The notes beneath the pieces are model-generated. The model was not told the origin of the DNA, made no database searches, and worked only from the letters and a program-made list of their open reading frames with translations. The translations under genes and the position numbers were made by a program. A stretch of DNA of 63,988 bases, filler included, from Octopus bimaculoides (taxonomy: Eukaryota), in the NCBI RefSeq assembly GCF_001194135.2. It is 5 parts of 5 records of this genome, joined end to end, with 100 filler letters (N's around TTAATTAATTAA, not from the genome) between each part and the next. Parts side by side here need not be neighbours in the genome. Positions count along the whole stretch, not along the records: positions 1 to 31,454 come from NC_068985.1; 4 more parts are not named here. The stretch is one strand, 5' to 3'. Below are positions 1-10,682 of the stretch, piece after piece (positions within the stretch are counted from its first letter, which is position 1; the number at the start of each line of letters is the position of its first letter).

Positions 1-3
1 ATA

Positions 4-1274
4 TTAGGTTGGCAACTAAGTTCTTGCCGTTTTTTTTTTTTAAAAGGTTTAATAAAAAAATAACTAATTAATCAATAATGTATTCACTCTTGTTGTTTAC
101 AACTTCTTCCCAACGTTCAACAAGATTTTCAATACCACGTTGGTAGAAATCACTCGATTTTGACTCGAAAAATTAATCCAACCAAGCTCTCAATTCTGCA
201 TCAGTTTTGAACGATACTCCGCGCATAGCATTTGAAAGAGATCGAAAGAGGTGGAAATCCGTTGGTGCCAAATCAGGAGAATAAAGCGGGTGTTGCAGCA
301 TTTCCCAGCCATGCATTTGAATGGCTTCCTTGGTCATATTGGCGATATGAAGGCGGGCGTTGTCGTGCAGCAGCAGAACTCCATGCTGTCGATTAGGCCT
401 TTTCTCTTGAATAGCCGTATTGAGTCGTTCCATCTGTTGAACATAGAGTTCCGCGTTGATTGTTTGGTTCCGTTCAAGCAATTCGTAATGGATAATCCCT
501 TCTCAGTCCCACCATACGCACAACATCGTTTTACGTGGATGAAGATCTTGTTTCATGCGAGGTGTCGCTTGTTTACCGGGGCTAAGCCATTTCTTACGAT
601 GCTTCATGTTGATGTACAGGCACCATTTCTCGTCGCCAGTAACGATTCGGTAAAGAAATTGTTGCTTGTGTCCATGAGTTGAGCGGTGACGAGCAAGCAA
701 ACCAGCAAAGATTGTGGCTCGTTGGTTTTTGTTGTTGTCACTTAAAGCATGCGGAAACGATGCTCCATACTTCTGAACCTTTCCCATCGAGTGAAGATGC
801 TTCTCTATGGCAGTGTGGGAGCATTCCATTTTCTTTGTCGTTTGACGAGTATTTTCGTGCGAAACTTGGTTTAATCGCCCTTCATCGAACTCAACTGGAC
901 GGCCAGAACGAGGTGCATCATTGAGGTCAAAATTTCCAGTTTCGAACTTGGCATACCAATCACGAGCGGTTCTTTCAGCTATGGCACCCTCTCCATACGC
1001 AGCATATATGTCGCGAGCAGCTTTTGCGGCCTTAGAAACTTGATTAAAATCCAAAAGAAGGAAGTGTCGAAAATGCTCGTTTTTCTTAACTTGACATTCC
1101 ATTTTAAAGATTTGAAAATAAACAAAAATTAACTAAAATTAACTAGAAAAAAATACAAAATAGATTCAAAAATGATTCAAAAATAGAATTCTTGATAAAA
1201 ATAGATTCTAGAATTTAAAAACGTAATAAATTCCAAAATAAAAAAAAGCGGCGGGAACTTGGTTGCCAACTCAA
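4..1274 (-). mobile_element. Full-length mariner (Tc1/mariner, D,D34D) DNA transposon
   Basis: Left end ttaggttggcaactaagttcttgccgtttttt matches the reverse complement of the right end (ttgagttggcaaccaagttcccgccgctttttt). TA dinucleotides flank it at 2-3 and 1275-1276. Length is 1271 bp and it contains a transposase reading frame. Confidence 0.95.
68..1102 (-). pseudogene. Mariner transposase, 345 codons in one frame with two in-frame stops (TGA 503-505, TAA 173-175)
   Basis: ORFs 503-1102 and 173-481 share a frame that continues to ...FYQRGIENLVERWEEVVNNKSEYIID*. Motifs: HTH (ARDWYAKF..GNFDLND.PRSGRP), IVTGDEKW, LCVWWD, LLHDNAR and YSPDLAPTDFHLF, with 34 residues between the second and third catalytic Asp. 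Confidence 0.95.
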
Positions 1275-1299
1275 TATATATACATGAAATTTTGAATTT

Positions 1300-1369
1300 A
1301 GTTCACAGACCCTCAGTACTACCTTTGTGGACCACCAGGGGTCATTGGACCACAGATTGGGAACCACTG
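1300..1369. mobile_element. Terminal fragment of a hAT-type MITE
   Basis: ggaccaccaggggtcattggaccacagattgggaaccactg resembles the right end of the MITE at 23611-23958 (gggaccatatagactcagttgagaaccactg). Confidence 0.4.
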
Positions 1370-1399
1370 ATGTATATCATTAATATTGTCATTGATGTT

Positions 1400-1638
1400 A
1401 AGGCGACAAGCCAGCAGAATCCTTTTGTGCTCCGGACAAAAATGCCATGCTTAACAGCATTTTTGTCTTCTGGTTCTTTAAGTTCTGAGTTCAAATGCTG
1501 TCAAGGTCAACTTTGCCTTGTATCCTATCGAGTTAGTTAAAATAAAGTACCAGTCAAGTACTGGAGTTAATGTAATTGACTAAATAAATGCCCCTCCTCA
1601 AGATTGCTGGCCTTGTGCCAAAATTTGAAATCAGTATT
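1400..1638 (+). mobile_element. SINE family A (tRNA-related head, possibly octopus OK-type), decayed copy
   Basis: Box-B-like ctgagttcaaat, followed by gtcaactttgcc...aagtaccagt and the tail gctggccttgtgccaaaatttgaaa. It shares these with copies at 4186, 21105, 43195 and 43745. The family name is from recall. Confidence 0.75.
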
Positions 1639-1664
1639 CTTGTTGAGGGCGTTACAGTTGTGAC

Positions 1665-2150
1665 ATGTTTGTTGTTGCTGCTGTTGTGGTTGTGGTGGTG
1701 GTGGTGGTGTTTTGCTGTCATCATTGTTGCTGTTGTTATTACTGTAGTGTCATTGTTGTTGTCATTGCTGAGGACGATGGAAGTGATGGTGATGATAATA
1801 GAGATGATGATAATGGTGATGATGATGGTAGTGATGATGATAATGACGATGGTGGTGGTGGTGGTGATGATGATGACAATAATGGTGGTGGTGATGATGA
1901 TGATGATGACGATGGTGGCAATGAGGATGACGATGATGATGTTGGTGGTAGTGGTGATGATGATGGTGGCGGTGGTAGTAATGATGAAGGTGGTGGCAGT
2001 AATAATGACGATGATGACGATGATGATGATGATGATGACGACGACGACGATGATGAAGACGATGATGATGACGATGATGACGATGATGATGATGATGATG
2101 ATGATGACGATGATGATGATGATGACGACAATGATGATGATGATGTTGTT
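1665..2150. repeat. (GTG)n/(GAT)n/(GAC)n trinucleotide microsatellite tract
   Basis: Directly visible. It produces the poly-D, poly-M, poly-S and poly-H ORFs in the track. Confidence 0.95.
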
Positions 2151-2594
2151 GTCTTTTCTTAAACAAAACCATTCAGTAAAATTAAACAGCTCCAAGATGT
2201 AAATGCGTAATGAAAACTGCCAGAAGTGATTCTCTTAATGATCTTTCGGTAATGGAAGGGGACGTGGTGCAGGATGCTGGAGTGTTTGCAAAGAGACAGA
2301 TGTGTGTATGTATGTGCATGTGTATATGTATGTATGTGTGTGTGGAGATATTCTAGAATAACAAAATTGATTGAAAATTATAAGTTAAACAGTTCTGCTC
2401 CATATTTGTTTTCTCTGATTTTTATTATATTTTTTATTATATTTCTTAAATTGATCCAGAATATTCTCCCCCACCCCACCCTACCCTCAGTCTCTCTTCT
2501 TTTTCTATTTTTTCTTCTCTTTCTCTCATTTCTCCTTTTTTTTCTTTCTTCAATCTCTACATTTTTCTTTCGATCTCTCTTTTTCTCTGTATGG

Positions 2595-2634
<40 letters not shown>

Positions 2635-2678
2635 TTGTACACACAAACACACACGTGTACATATGCTTACACATGTAT

Positions 2679-2718
<40 letters not shown>

Positions 2719-2945
2719 ACACACATATACTCATACTCTTCCTATGCTTTTCCCCTTCTTCATCTATTATGTTTCCTCCTTTTCTCTTCCTCTCCTCCCT
2801 CCATCTATTCCTTATGTCCCTTCTCCCTTTCTTTCTTTCTTTCTTTCTACCTGTCTGTCCACTTTTGCTTTATCTTATCCTTCTATGTTCCAAAACTACA
2901 ACCAACTAATACTACAACTAATATCACCACAATGGAATTAACAGG

Positions 2946-3360
2946 ATGGCGACGCCGACGATGACGACCACTACCACTACTACTACAACCACTACCACCA
3001 CAACCACCACCGCCGCTGCTGCCGCCACCACCACCACAACCACTACTACCACTACCACAATCACCACCACCATCACAACCACCTCCACCACAACTATTAT
3101 CACTACCACCACCACAACTACTACCACTACCACCACTACCACCACCACCATCACAACCACCTCTACCACAGCTACTATCACCACCACCACCACCACTACT
3201 GCCACCACCTCCACCACTGCTACTACCACAACTACCTATCACCACAAGCAGCCCCCACTGATACCACTTGTTCTAGTACCACTACTACCTCTGCTACTCC
3301 TGTTCCCAAATCACCACCACCACCAACAACAACAACTACAGCTACACAACAAACAACACC
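2946..3360. repeat. (ACC)n/(ACT)n/(ACA)n trinucleotide microsatellite tract
   Basis: Directly visible. It produces the poly-T, poly-V and poly-G ORFs. Confidence 0.95.
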
Positions 3361-4185
3361 ACCAAAGTGACAATCATTGCCATTAATTCTTGTTAAGGAA
3401 TTAACAAAAAAAAAACATTAAAAAAAACATTAAAAAAATCTAGAAAAGATCCGTGAAAGCTGACATCTGTTGTGGATCTCTCAATCAAACAACAACCAGC
3501 CCCTCCTCTCTGCTCCCACTGCTTCCCCACCGACCCTTCTTGTTCCATTACTTCACAGTCAGATCTATAAATACCCACCTGCCCATCCTGCATTTGCCTT
3601 CCCTCCCAGCCAAATTATTTTCAAAATCCAAACCCTCTCTTTCCTCACTATCATCACAATCAAATTTTTAAATCTAACATACTTCCTCTTCATTACCTCA
3701 CAGTCAGATATCTCAATTTAACACCCTCCCCCAGTGTTCATTACTTCACAGCCAGATACCTCAATCTATCACACTCCCTCCTCTCTGCTACACAAACACA
3801 CACACACACACAAACAGATCCAGATTTAATCCAAAGTTTTACATTCAATGTATAATTAACACTTAGCAGCTCTGCAACATTTTCATTTTGAATTCTGACA
3901 GTTTTTCTATTACCATGGATAGCAAAGAATGCGGACTGCAAAATCAACAGAACAACAAACAAAAATGCCTTGTGGTGTTTTAGTTACAACCTGGAATCGA
4001 CATTGCCTTTCTTCATGTTTCTAGGGTTCATAGCACTGATCGTGCCTGTTTTGGCATCACAGACACTATCTGGCCCTCAGGTGTTTTTAGCAAAATCCAA
4101 TCTGTTGTAAACATGGAAGTCAGGCCTTCATCATCATCATCATCATCTAACATCTAACATTGACTTTTCAATATTTCTATGGATT

Positions 4186-4575
4186 AAGGCAGAGAGCTGG
4201 CAGAATCGTTAGCACGCCAGATGAAATACTTAGCAGTATTTCATCTGCCGTTACGTTCTGAGTTCAAATTCCGCCGAGGTCGACTTTGCCTTTCATCCTT
4301 TCGAGGTCGATAAACTAAGTACCAGTTACGCACTGGGGTCGATGTAATCGACTTAATCCCTTTGTCTGTCCTTGTTTGTCCTCTCTATGTTTAGCCCCTT
4401 GTGGGCAATAAAGAAATAAGTATTTCGTCAGTCTTCACACTCTGAGTTCAAATTCCACTGAGGTCGACTTTGTCTTTCATCCTTTCGGGGTCGATAAATT
4501 AAGTACCAGTTGCATACTGGGGTCGATCTCCCCAAAAATTTCAGGCCTTGTGCCTAGAGTAGGAAAGAATATTTC
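4186..4575 (+). mobile_element. Tandem pair of SINE family A copies with different 3' tails
   Basis: The core ctgagttcaaattcc.c.gaggtcgactttg.ctttcatcctttcg.ggtcgataaa.taagtaccagtt occurs at about 4258 and 4442. The first copy ends in agccccttgtgggcaataaagaaat and the second in aatttcaggccttgtgcctagagtaggaaagaat. Confidence 0.85.
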
Positions 4576-4745
4576 TATAGATTAGACAGAGTTAATATGA
4601 GGCAGGTTTGCTATGGCTGGATGTTTTCTTGTTGCCAATCCTCACTTGTTTCCAAGCAAGGTAATATTTCCCCATGGCCAGACATGTTCTTGCAGAACAC
4701 TGGAAATGAAAGGCACTGCTTGTATGACAGTGATGCTTATTTACA
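4576..4745 (-). mobile_element. SINE family C fragment (central GGTTGGC-AGGAAGGGCATCC-like domain)
   Basis: atggctggatgttttcttgttgccaatcctcacttgtttccaagcaaggtaatatttcccc is shared with copies at 7720-7915 and 20810-21010. Confidence 0.65.
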
Positions 4746-4749
4746 ACTG

Positions 4750-5423
4750 CAGTAGTCACCATATTGCGGTTCACTTATCGCGCCCTCAGTACATCACAGA
4801 ATTTTCTGACTAATATATGTAAATTTATATTGCAGTCTCCTCGGTATATCACAGGTTTCTGCAGCCAATAACTATTTGTATTTTTTTAGATTTTTATTAT
4901 TTCTGTGGTAAAATAAGCATTTTCACACCTAAAAATTAATAAATTAATAAAGAATAAAAATTTTGATACAACAATGCAATATAATACAAAATTGGACTAT
5001 ATACCTGTTGTGATTTAGTTATCTATAGTCCGATGGTATTTCGGAATACAATTCCTTCTTCAGATATTCATAGATGGAGCCGCTGTTATAATCTGTTTTC
5101 CAACGGCTTTTCTTTTTTTCGGAAGCGTCTCAGTAGTGAGTAATAAATAAAAATACAGTTCAGTATTGCACTGTATAGCATTAATTAAGATATATTAAAA
5201 AAAAATACATAGTGTACCGTAAACAAGGAATCGTACATACTGTATGGTAAATGAAACTCGGGAGGCGAGTGTGTGGTGTTGTTTTGCATTTATAATAAAA
5301 TAAATATATAGAAATAAAAATAATAAAAAAAATACACAGTACAGTACTGTTTCTACTTCATGGATTTTCACCTATTGAGGGGGATTTTGGAATGTAACAC
5401 CTACAATAGTCGAGGGATTACTG
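4750..5423. mobile_element. Decayed Tigger/pogo-like MITE
   Basis: Left cagtagtc...catattgcggttcac and right end (reverse complement cagtaatccctcgactatt) followed by TA. These are pogo/Tigger-style termini and the match is imperfect. Confidence 0.5.
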
Positions 5424-5614
5424 TATCGTGTGATATCAAAGCAAAGAGACATAAATGTATGCACCATACATAAATATATACACACACCCAAGCACTCACC
5501 TACACACATACACACACACAGGGTAAATGGGTAAAGGCCCCTATCAGTTGTGAATGACTATGGATTGCACCTAGAAAGTTACCTTCCAAGACACAAGTTT
5601 GAGCAAGGTTGTTT

Positions 5615-5760
5615 ATGGCAAAGGAAACTGATAGAATAAGTACTAGGCTTACAAAGAATAAGTCCTGGGGTCAATTGCTTTAAATAAAAACCTTTTATGG
5701 TGATGCTCCAGCATGGCTGCAGTCAAATGACTGAATCAAGTAAAAGGATATAAGAAAAAA
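5615..5760 (+). mobile_element. SINE family B (CORE-like, possibly OR-type) 3' half, CpG-decayed
   Basis: gatagaataagtactaggcttacaaagaataagtcctgggg...gctccagcatggctgcagtcaaatgactgaa matches the 14055-14408 copy. Confidence 0.8.
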
Positions 5761-5859
5761 TAACATGAAACCAATGGTAGCCTTAATACACAAATAAAGA
5801 AATTTTATCCACCAATGCAGTGTTGAGCACTCATTCTCATTGTTTGACATTTACGTATT

Positions 5860-6110
5860 CTTTTATTCTTTATTCTTTTACATGTTTCAGTCAGTTGACT
5901 GGCCATGCTGGAGCACCACTTTTCATCGAAGAAATTCACCCCAGGACTTATTCTTTGTAAGCCTAGTACTTATTCTATCGGTCTCTTTTGCTGAACTGCT
6001 AAGTTTCAGGGACATAAACACACCAACATCGGTTGTCAAGCAATGGTGGGGGTGACAAACAAAGACACACAAACATAAATATATATACATAACTGAAAGA
6101 AGCCTGTTGT
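5860..6110 (-). mobile_element. SINE family B 3' half
   Basis: Reverse complement of the 14200-14408 segment (cagtca...ggccatgctggagcacc...gtacttattctatcgg...acatcggttgtcaagc). Confidence 0.85.
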
Positions 6111-6119
6111 GTATATATA

Positions 6120-6409
6120 TAACTGGGTTCTCGAGGTGGTTATTGAGCTCTGCTGTAACTTGGGGAGCTGTACTTTGGTGATCCTTTCTAACAATCTGTA
6201 TGAGTGTGATGGTCCCTATCTGAAAGTTTTGATTTTCTTCCAAAGTTTTGTTTTGACAGGGAGGTTTTTCTCTCTTTCTCAAAGGCTGTCATTACTTTTG
6301 AGACAGTACTTCTTGATACACAAAACATTTCGGCTGTTTTCGTTACACTAGCGCCTGCCATACAAGCACCAACAATTTGACCTCTTTGAAAGTCCAATAG
6401 ATCTATCAT
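6120..6409 (-). pseudogene. Tc1-like transposase N-terminal fragment (paired-type HTH), frameshifted
   Basis: MIDLLDFQRGQIVGACMAGASVTKTAEMFCVSRSTVSKVMTAFEK...GRKSKLSDRD continues in another frame as IVRKDHQSTAPQVTAELNNHLENPV. This is the typical Tc1 N-terminus. Confidence 0.85.
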
Positions 6410-6504
6410 TTTAATGAATTTTAATTACCTTTTTCTGATGATATCTGAAAAGAAACAGCAATTTTAGCAAAACATATTAAGCAACACTGATATTAAATAA
6501 AAAG

Positions 6505-6927
6505 AATGTGCTGTGCGTGAGAAGACCCGGCAAGCCAAGTGAGATCGTTGCCAGTGCCCCTGGACTGGCTCTTGTGCGGGTGGCACATAAGATGTACCAT
6601 CCTGCGCGTGACCGTTGCCAGTACCGCTTGACTGGCCTTGTAGGGTTTTCGAGCGAGATCGTTGCCAGTGCCCCTGGACTGGCTCTTGAGCGGGTGGCAC
6701 ATAAAAGACACCATTTCGAGCGTGGCCGTTTTCGTGCGGGTGACATGTAAAAGCACCCACTACACTCTCTGAGTGGTTGGCGTTAGGAAGGGCGTCCAGC
6801 TGTAGAAACTCTGCCAAATTAGATTGGAGCCTGGTGTAGCCATCTGGTTGCACCAGTCCTCAGTCAAATCGTCCAGCCCATGCTAGCATGGAAAGCGGAC
6901 GTTAAACGATGATGATGATGATGATGA
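6505..6927 (+). mobile_element. SINE family C (MetaSINE-like central domain) with internal tandem duplication and (GAT)n tail
   Basis: gagtggttggcgttaggaagggcgtccagctgtagaaactctgcc...gcatggaaagcggacgttaaacgatgatgatg. A roughly 115-bp block starting gagatcgttgccagtgcccctggactggctctt occurs at 6541 and 6655. The superfamily name is from recall. Confidence 0.8.
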
Positions 6928-7424
6928 TAAAAATAAATAAGCTTCTGATGGTTTTATAGATATTTCAAAATTATGATACTATGATGCTAAGTGTTTCCAT
7001 TATTTTGTCCATCTCCTGTATGTATGTGTTATTTATATATGCGCTCAGTCACATATATATGTATGTGCGAGTTGTATGTTTGTGTACTGAGAACCAGCTT
7101 GCTAGTTAGAGAGATGTTCATGTATGTAATGGTTTTGGTATAAAGAACATTCAGCAATATGCAAGTCTTCCTCATTACCACATACACAGCCAGCAGGTAT
7201 ATAATTTGTGAGAGATTTGCCTGCTATTTCTTGCTATATCATATAGAGACTAATTCAATGGTTTACCTGAGGTTAACCTATATAAGATGGTTTAGCTATA
7301 CTTTGTACAAATTCAAATGTCATGTGCAGGTTTCTTATTTTTCTGTATCCTGTCACCCCTTAAATATCTTATTTCTTCTTGGTATTTTCTAATCAATGTT
7401 GTATGTTTTAGCAGATAAACCATA

Positions 7425-7706
7425 AAAAGACAAAAACGCTTTGCCTTCCAACTTATGTACATGTAATATAAAGTTGTCTACGTGAGAAACAATGTTCCTG
7501 CAGTTGTATCCAAGCAACAGATTAAGTTTGTCACTGTGATTCATTTATAGACACGGTAAAGCTGAGTTTTACTGGAAACTGCAAAGTTTGGTATACGAAC
7601 GGTATTTCTGTGTCATGGGATTCTGGGAATAAAAGCATCTTCTCGCATAGAACAACTAATCAGAACAATCGCCTAAATAATTTTGTTGTCTCTCAGGCGA
7701 GTCATT
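7425..7706 (-). pseudogene. Helitron RepHel Pif1-type helicase C-terminal relic
   Basis: Manual translation with stops and a frameshift gives MTRL..NKII*AIVL..EDAFIPRIP / EIPFVYQTLQFPVKLSFTVSINESQ*QT*SVAWIQLQEHCFSRRQLYITCT*VG. This matches the Helitron pattern IPRIP..PF...QFPVRLAFAMTINKSQGQT......CFSHGQLYVA.SRV. Confidence 0.85.
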
Positions 7707-7719
7707 ATGCCAATAATAA

Positions 7720-7915
7720 ACACATGCATCATTATTATTCTTTTCCATGCTCGCATAGGCCAGACAGAATTTTGTTGAGGCAGATTTTCTACAGCTGGAT
7801 ACCCTTCCTGTTGCCAACCCTCACCTAATTCCAGGCAAGGTAATGTTTCCCTGTGACCAAACATAGAAGACTGGAAATGAAGGACATTGTTCGCATAATG
7901 GTAACACATGTTTAC
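7720..7915 (-). mobile_element. SINE family C fragment
   Basis: ttttctacagctggatacccttcctgttgccaaccctcacc...aggtaatgtttccc preceded by a catcattatt tail. Confidence 0.7.
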
Positions 7916-7949
7916 AATTATTGCATGCACTCCCTAGAGAATTCCCCTT

Positions 7950-8430
7950 TAGGGCTACTGCTTGTATCTCCCAGAAGACAAAGCTCCACATCTACAATGT
8001 GTTGGTCCTCTCTGTTCTCCTTTATGGAGCAGAAATGTGGCTCCTCAAGAAGACTCTGGCAAAGAGGATCGGTGACTTAAATAGCAGAGCCTTGAGAACC
8101 ATTCAGAACATCAGATGGTACCATCACGTCTCCAGCAGAGAACTGCAAGCACACATACATCAGCCTGCAGCTTTTTACCTCAAAGCTACCCACCGCATGT
8201 GCTAGTACAGACATATCCTCTGTCTTTTACCAGATCACCCTTCCAAGGCCTTACTCTCATTTGATGCAGCAGATACATGCTGGGGGAGGCCCCATGGCAG
8301 ACCCTGCACCAGATGGCTGGACATGATTGAGGAAGATCTCCAGAGGCTCAACATCATCTTGGAGAACGTAGTGGGGCTGGCATGGGACCACCAGTGATGG
8401 GTAGCACTGGTAGACCTGGTCAGCTCTACA
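7950..8430 (+). pseudogene. RTE-clade LINE ORF C-terminal relic
   Basis: ISQKTKLHIYNVLVLSVLLYGAEMW...RALRTIQNIRWYHHVS..L...GRPHGRPCTRWLDMIEEDL matches the post-RT region of RTE elements. Confidence 0.85.
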
Positions 8431-8519
8431 CATGATGACACCTCTGAGATGACTCCAGCCCCATCAAGCAAGAGCATGAAGCAGCAACAGTAAGCTAAGC
8501 TGACAGGAGCCCACACACA

Positions 8520-8690
8520 CAGCGGGCTTCTTTCAGTTTCTCTCTACCAAATCCATTCACACAGCATGGGGCTTATAGTAAAAGACACTTGGCTAAGGTG
8601 ACACACAGTGGGACTGAAACCAAAACGATGTAGTTGCGAAGCAAGCTTCTTACCGCACAGCAACATCTGCAACTATAGCCACACCTGTAC
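8520..8690 (-). mobile_element. SINE family B 5' half
   Basis: gggcttctttcagtttc...tagtaaaagacacttggctaaggtgacacacagtgggactgaaac is the reverse complement of the 14070-14175 segment. Confidence 0.7.
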
Positions 8691-9417
8691 CTGTAGCCAC
8701 ACACCAGTTCTATGTCATACCTTTTATTTCTGTTAATCAATCTGTTCATGATTTAACCAATAATCTAATTAATTATTTAGTTAGTAGTGCCATCAATCAA
8801 TAAGCTAAGTTTGTCAAAATCCTTTCATAGCAAGACTGATGGCATCAAAAATAGTGACAAAAGAACTTTGATGAACCTAGCTGATTCACTGATTGAGAAG
8901 TTAATCAAACAAGTAATTAGTTAACTAGCTAAACGTTAATGAATTGACTAATAATGATGAAAGAAGTGAAATGGAACCAGTGCATGTGTTTATTGTTGGC
9001 ATAATGAGCCTCAAAAGATATAACAAAATATGCTTCAACACCCAAGTTCATATCATGAATCTTGCAAACTAAATATTAAAGCAAAACAGTCTAAATATGA
9101 GGCATTAATTATTTCAACCATTTGTCTAGTGCCGTTACATAACTGAAGCTGATCAATGTTCAGTAATAGTATAATAGTGATTCCAAAGAATTTAAGAATT
9201 CAACTGGACAGTTGACATGTATGTATGTATGTCACACAAGGATGGAAGGTACCAGGCTTTAATCCTTGTGTAATACTATTCTTATGCATAGAGTAGTTCC
9301 ACATGTGCATCCAGCCCTGGAAAATATCCCTCTGTAGAATAACATGTGGTAACCAAATAATGGCATAAAAGGTTTTTACTTGTATTATACTACACACACA
9401 CATACACACACACACAT

Positions 9418-9454
<37 letters not shown>

Positions 9455-9552
9455 NNNNNNNNNNNNNNNNNNNNNNNNNNNNNNNNNNNNNNNNNNNNNN
9501 NNNNNNNNNNNNNNNNNNNNNNNNNNNNNNNNNNNNNNNNNNNNNNNNNNNN

Positions 9553-9590
<38 letters not shown>

Positions 9591-10682
9591 CACATATTAT
9601 ATATATATATATATATATAATGAAAGAGAGAGATATGAGCAATTCTATAAAAAAGGATACAAAAACTCAAAAGTTATAAAACTATGTGCTCCTATGATTT
9701 ATGTAATTTTATTCTCCCATAAGCCAATAGGATTCAAAAAAGTATAAAAATGATTGTCATGTGACCAAGGCAGCCATCTTGGATCTAGCCTAGGAGATGA
9801 CAATATGACTGCAGGACCAAAGGTAGGTACCCAGTTCCATCCTAGAAAAAAAATAACTTTCCATCTTACTAAGATTTATTTTCTGGATGAACTAGAGTAA
9901 AACTACAGTTTGGCAGTGTCATTTTCTGGAAGATCATCCTGCTTGTCAGCAAAAACAAAATCTACTGTGGCCATTAGAATTTGGTGTGACAGTTATATTG
10001 TGGCATTATAAGTTTAGTCTACAAAATCCTGACAAATAATTACTTTAAACTGATGCAACCATTATGACATGTAAGGGTGGGGTCAGATTTTATTCTTATA
10101 CACAGAGATTTATTTTTTCAGTAACATGAACCTGCTTGTGTACTGTTCATGGAAATTTCAGCCACATAATCATTAGTGACTTGCTGTATTATAAGGACTC
10201 CCACAGTTACCTGTAATGTGTGTAAAATGTCTAGATTGAATTATCTAAGACATTATGCATATGCTGCAATAAGCTTCAAGCAACATTATGTAGAAGTTTG
10301 TGTTCATGTGTAGCACACATTTTGAATGCATAGTGTGTGTTTTTATCTTTTGATCAATTCTTCATTGTCCTGATTGATTAAGTGTGGAATACTAATTGGT
10401 ATTTGAGTTTCAATGTGGCATCAGCTACACATTTCTAGATGGAAATGTTGCATCGGTTATGTGTACCTGTTGTGTCAATTACCTTTTGCCAAAGGCACTA
10501 TAGCATGTCTTAAAACAATGGTGTTGGATATGAAAGCATGTGTAACATTCATACCACTTCAGGTTTCTTTTGATATAAAAATTGTTTGCACATGTAAATC
10601 TTCTGCACAGGGTTTCCAGCAAAAGTACCACCAAGTCAGAATTATGTCTTTTTTCCATTGTGTCAGCTATGCAAGTATTTAG

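Noticed and set aside
1554-3386. Long low-complexity ORFs (poly-D, poly-T, poly-H, poly-V)
   Set aside because: They are translations of trinucleotide microsatellites that are open in several frames on both strands, with no domain or splice support.
3741-4110. Signal-peptide-like short ORFs (MFVVLLILQSAFFAIHG on minus, MFLGFIALIVPVLASQ on plus) and a good minus-strand acceptor near 3935
   Set aside because: One starts at TTG and runs into (GT)n, the other is 31 codons. No homology was recognised, and such frames are expected by chance in T-rich DNA.
9755-9800. ggcagccatcttggat motif, often seen in MITE subterminal regions
   Set aside because: No inverted partner or TSD was found.
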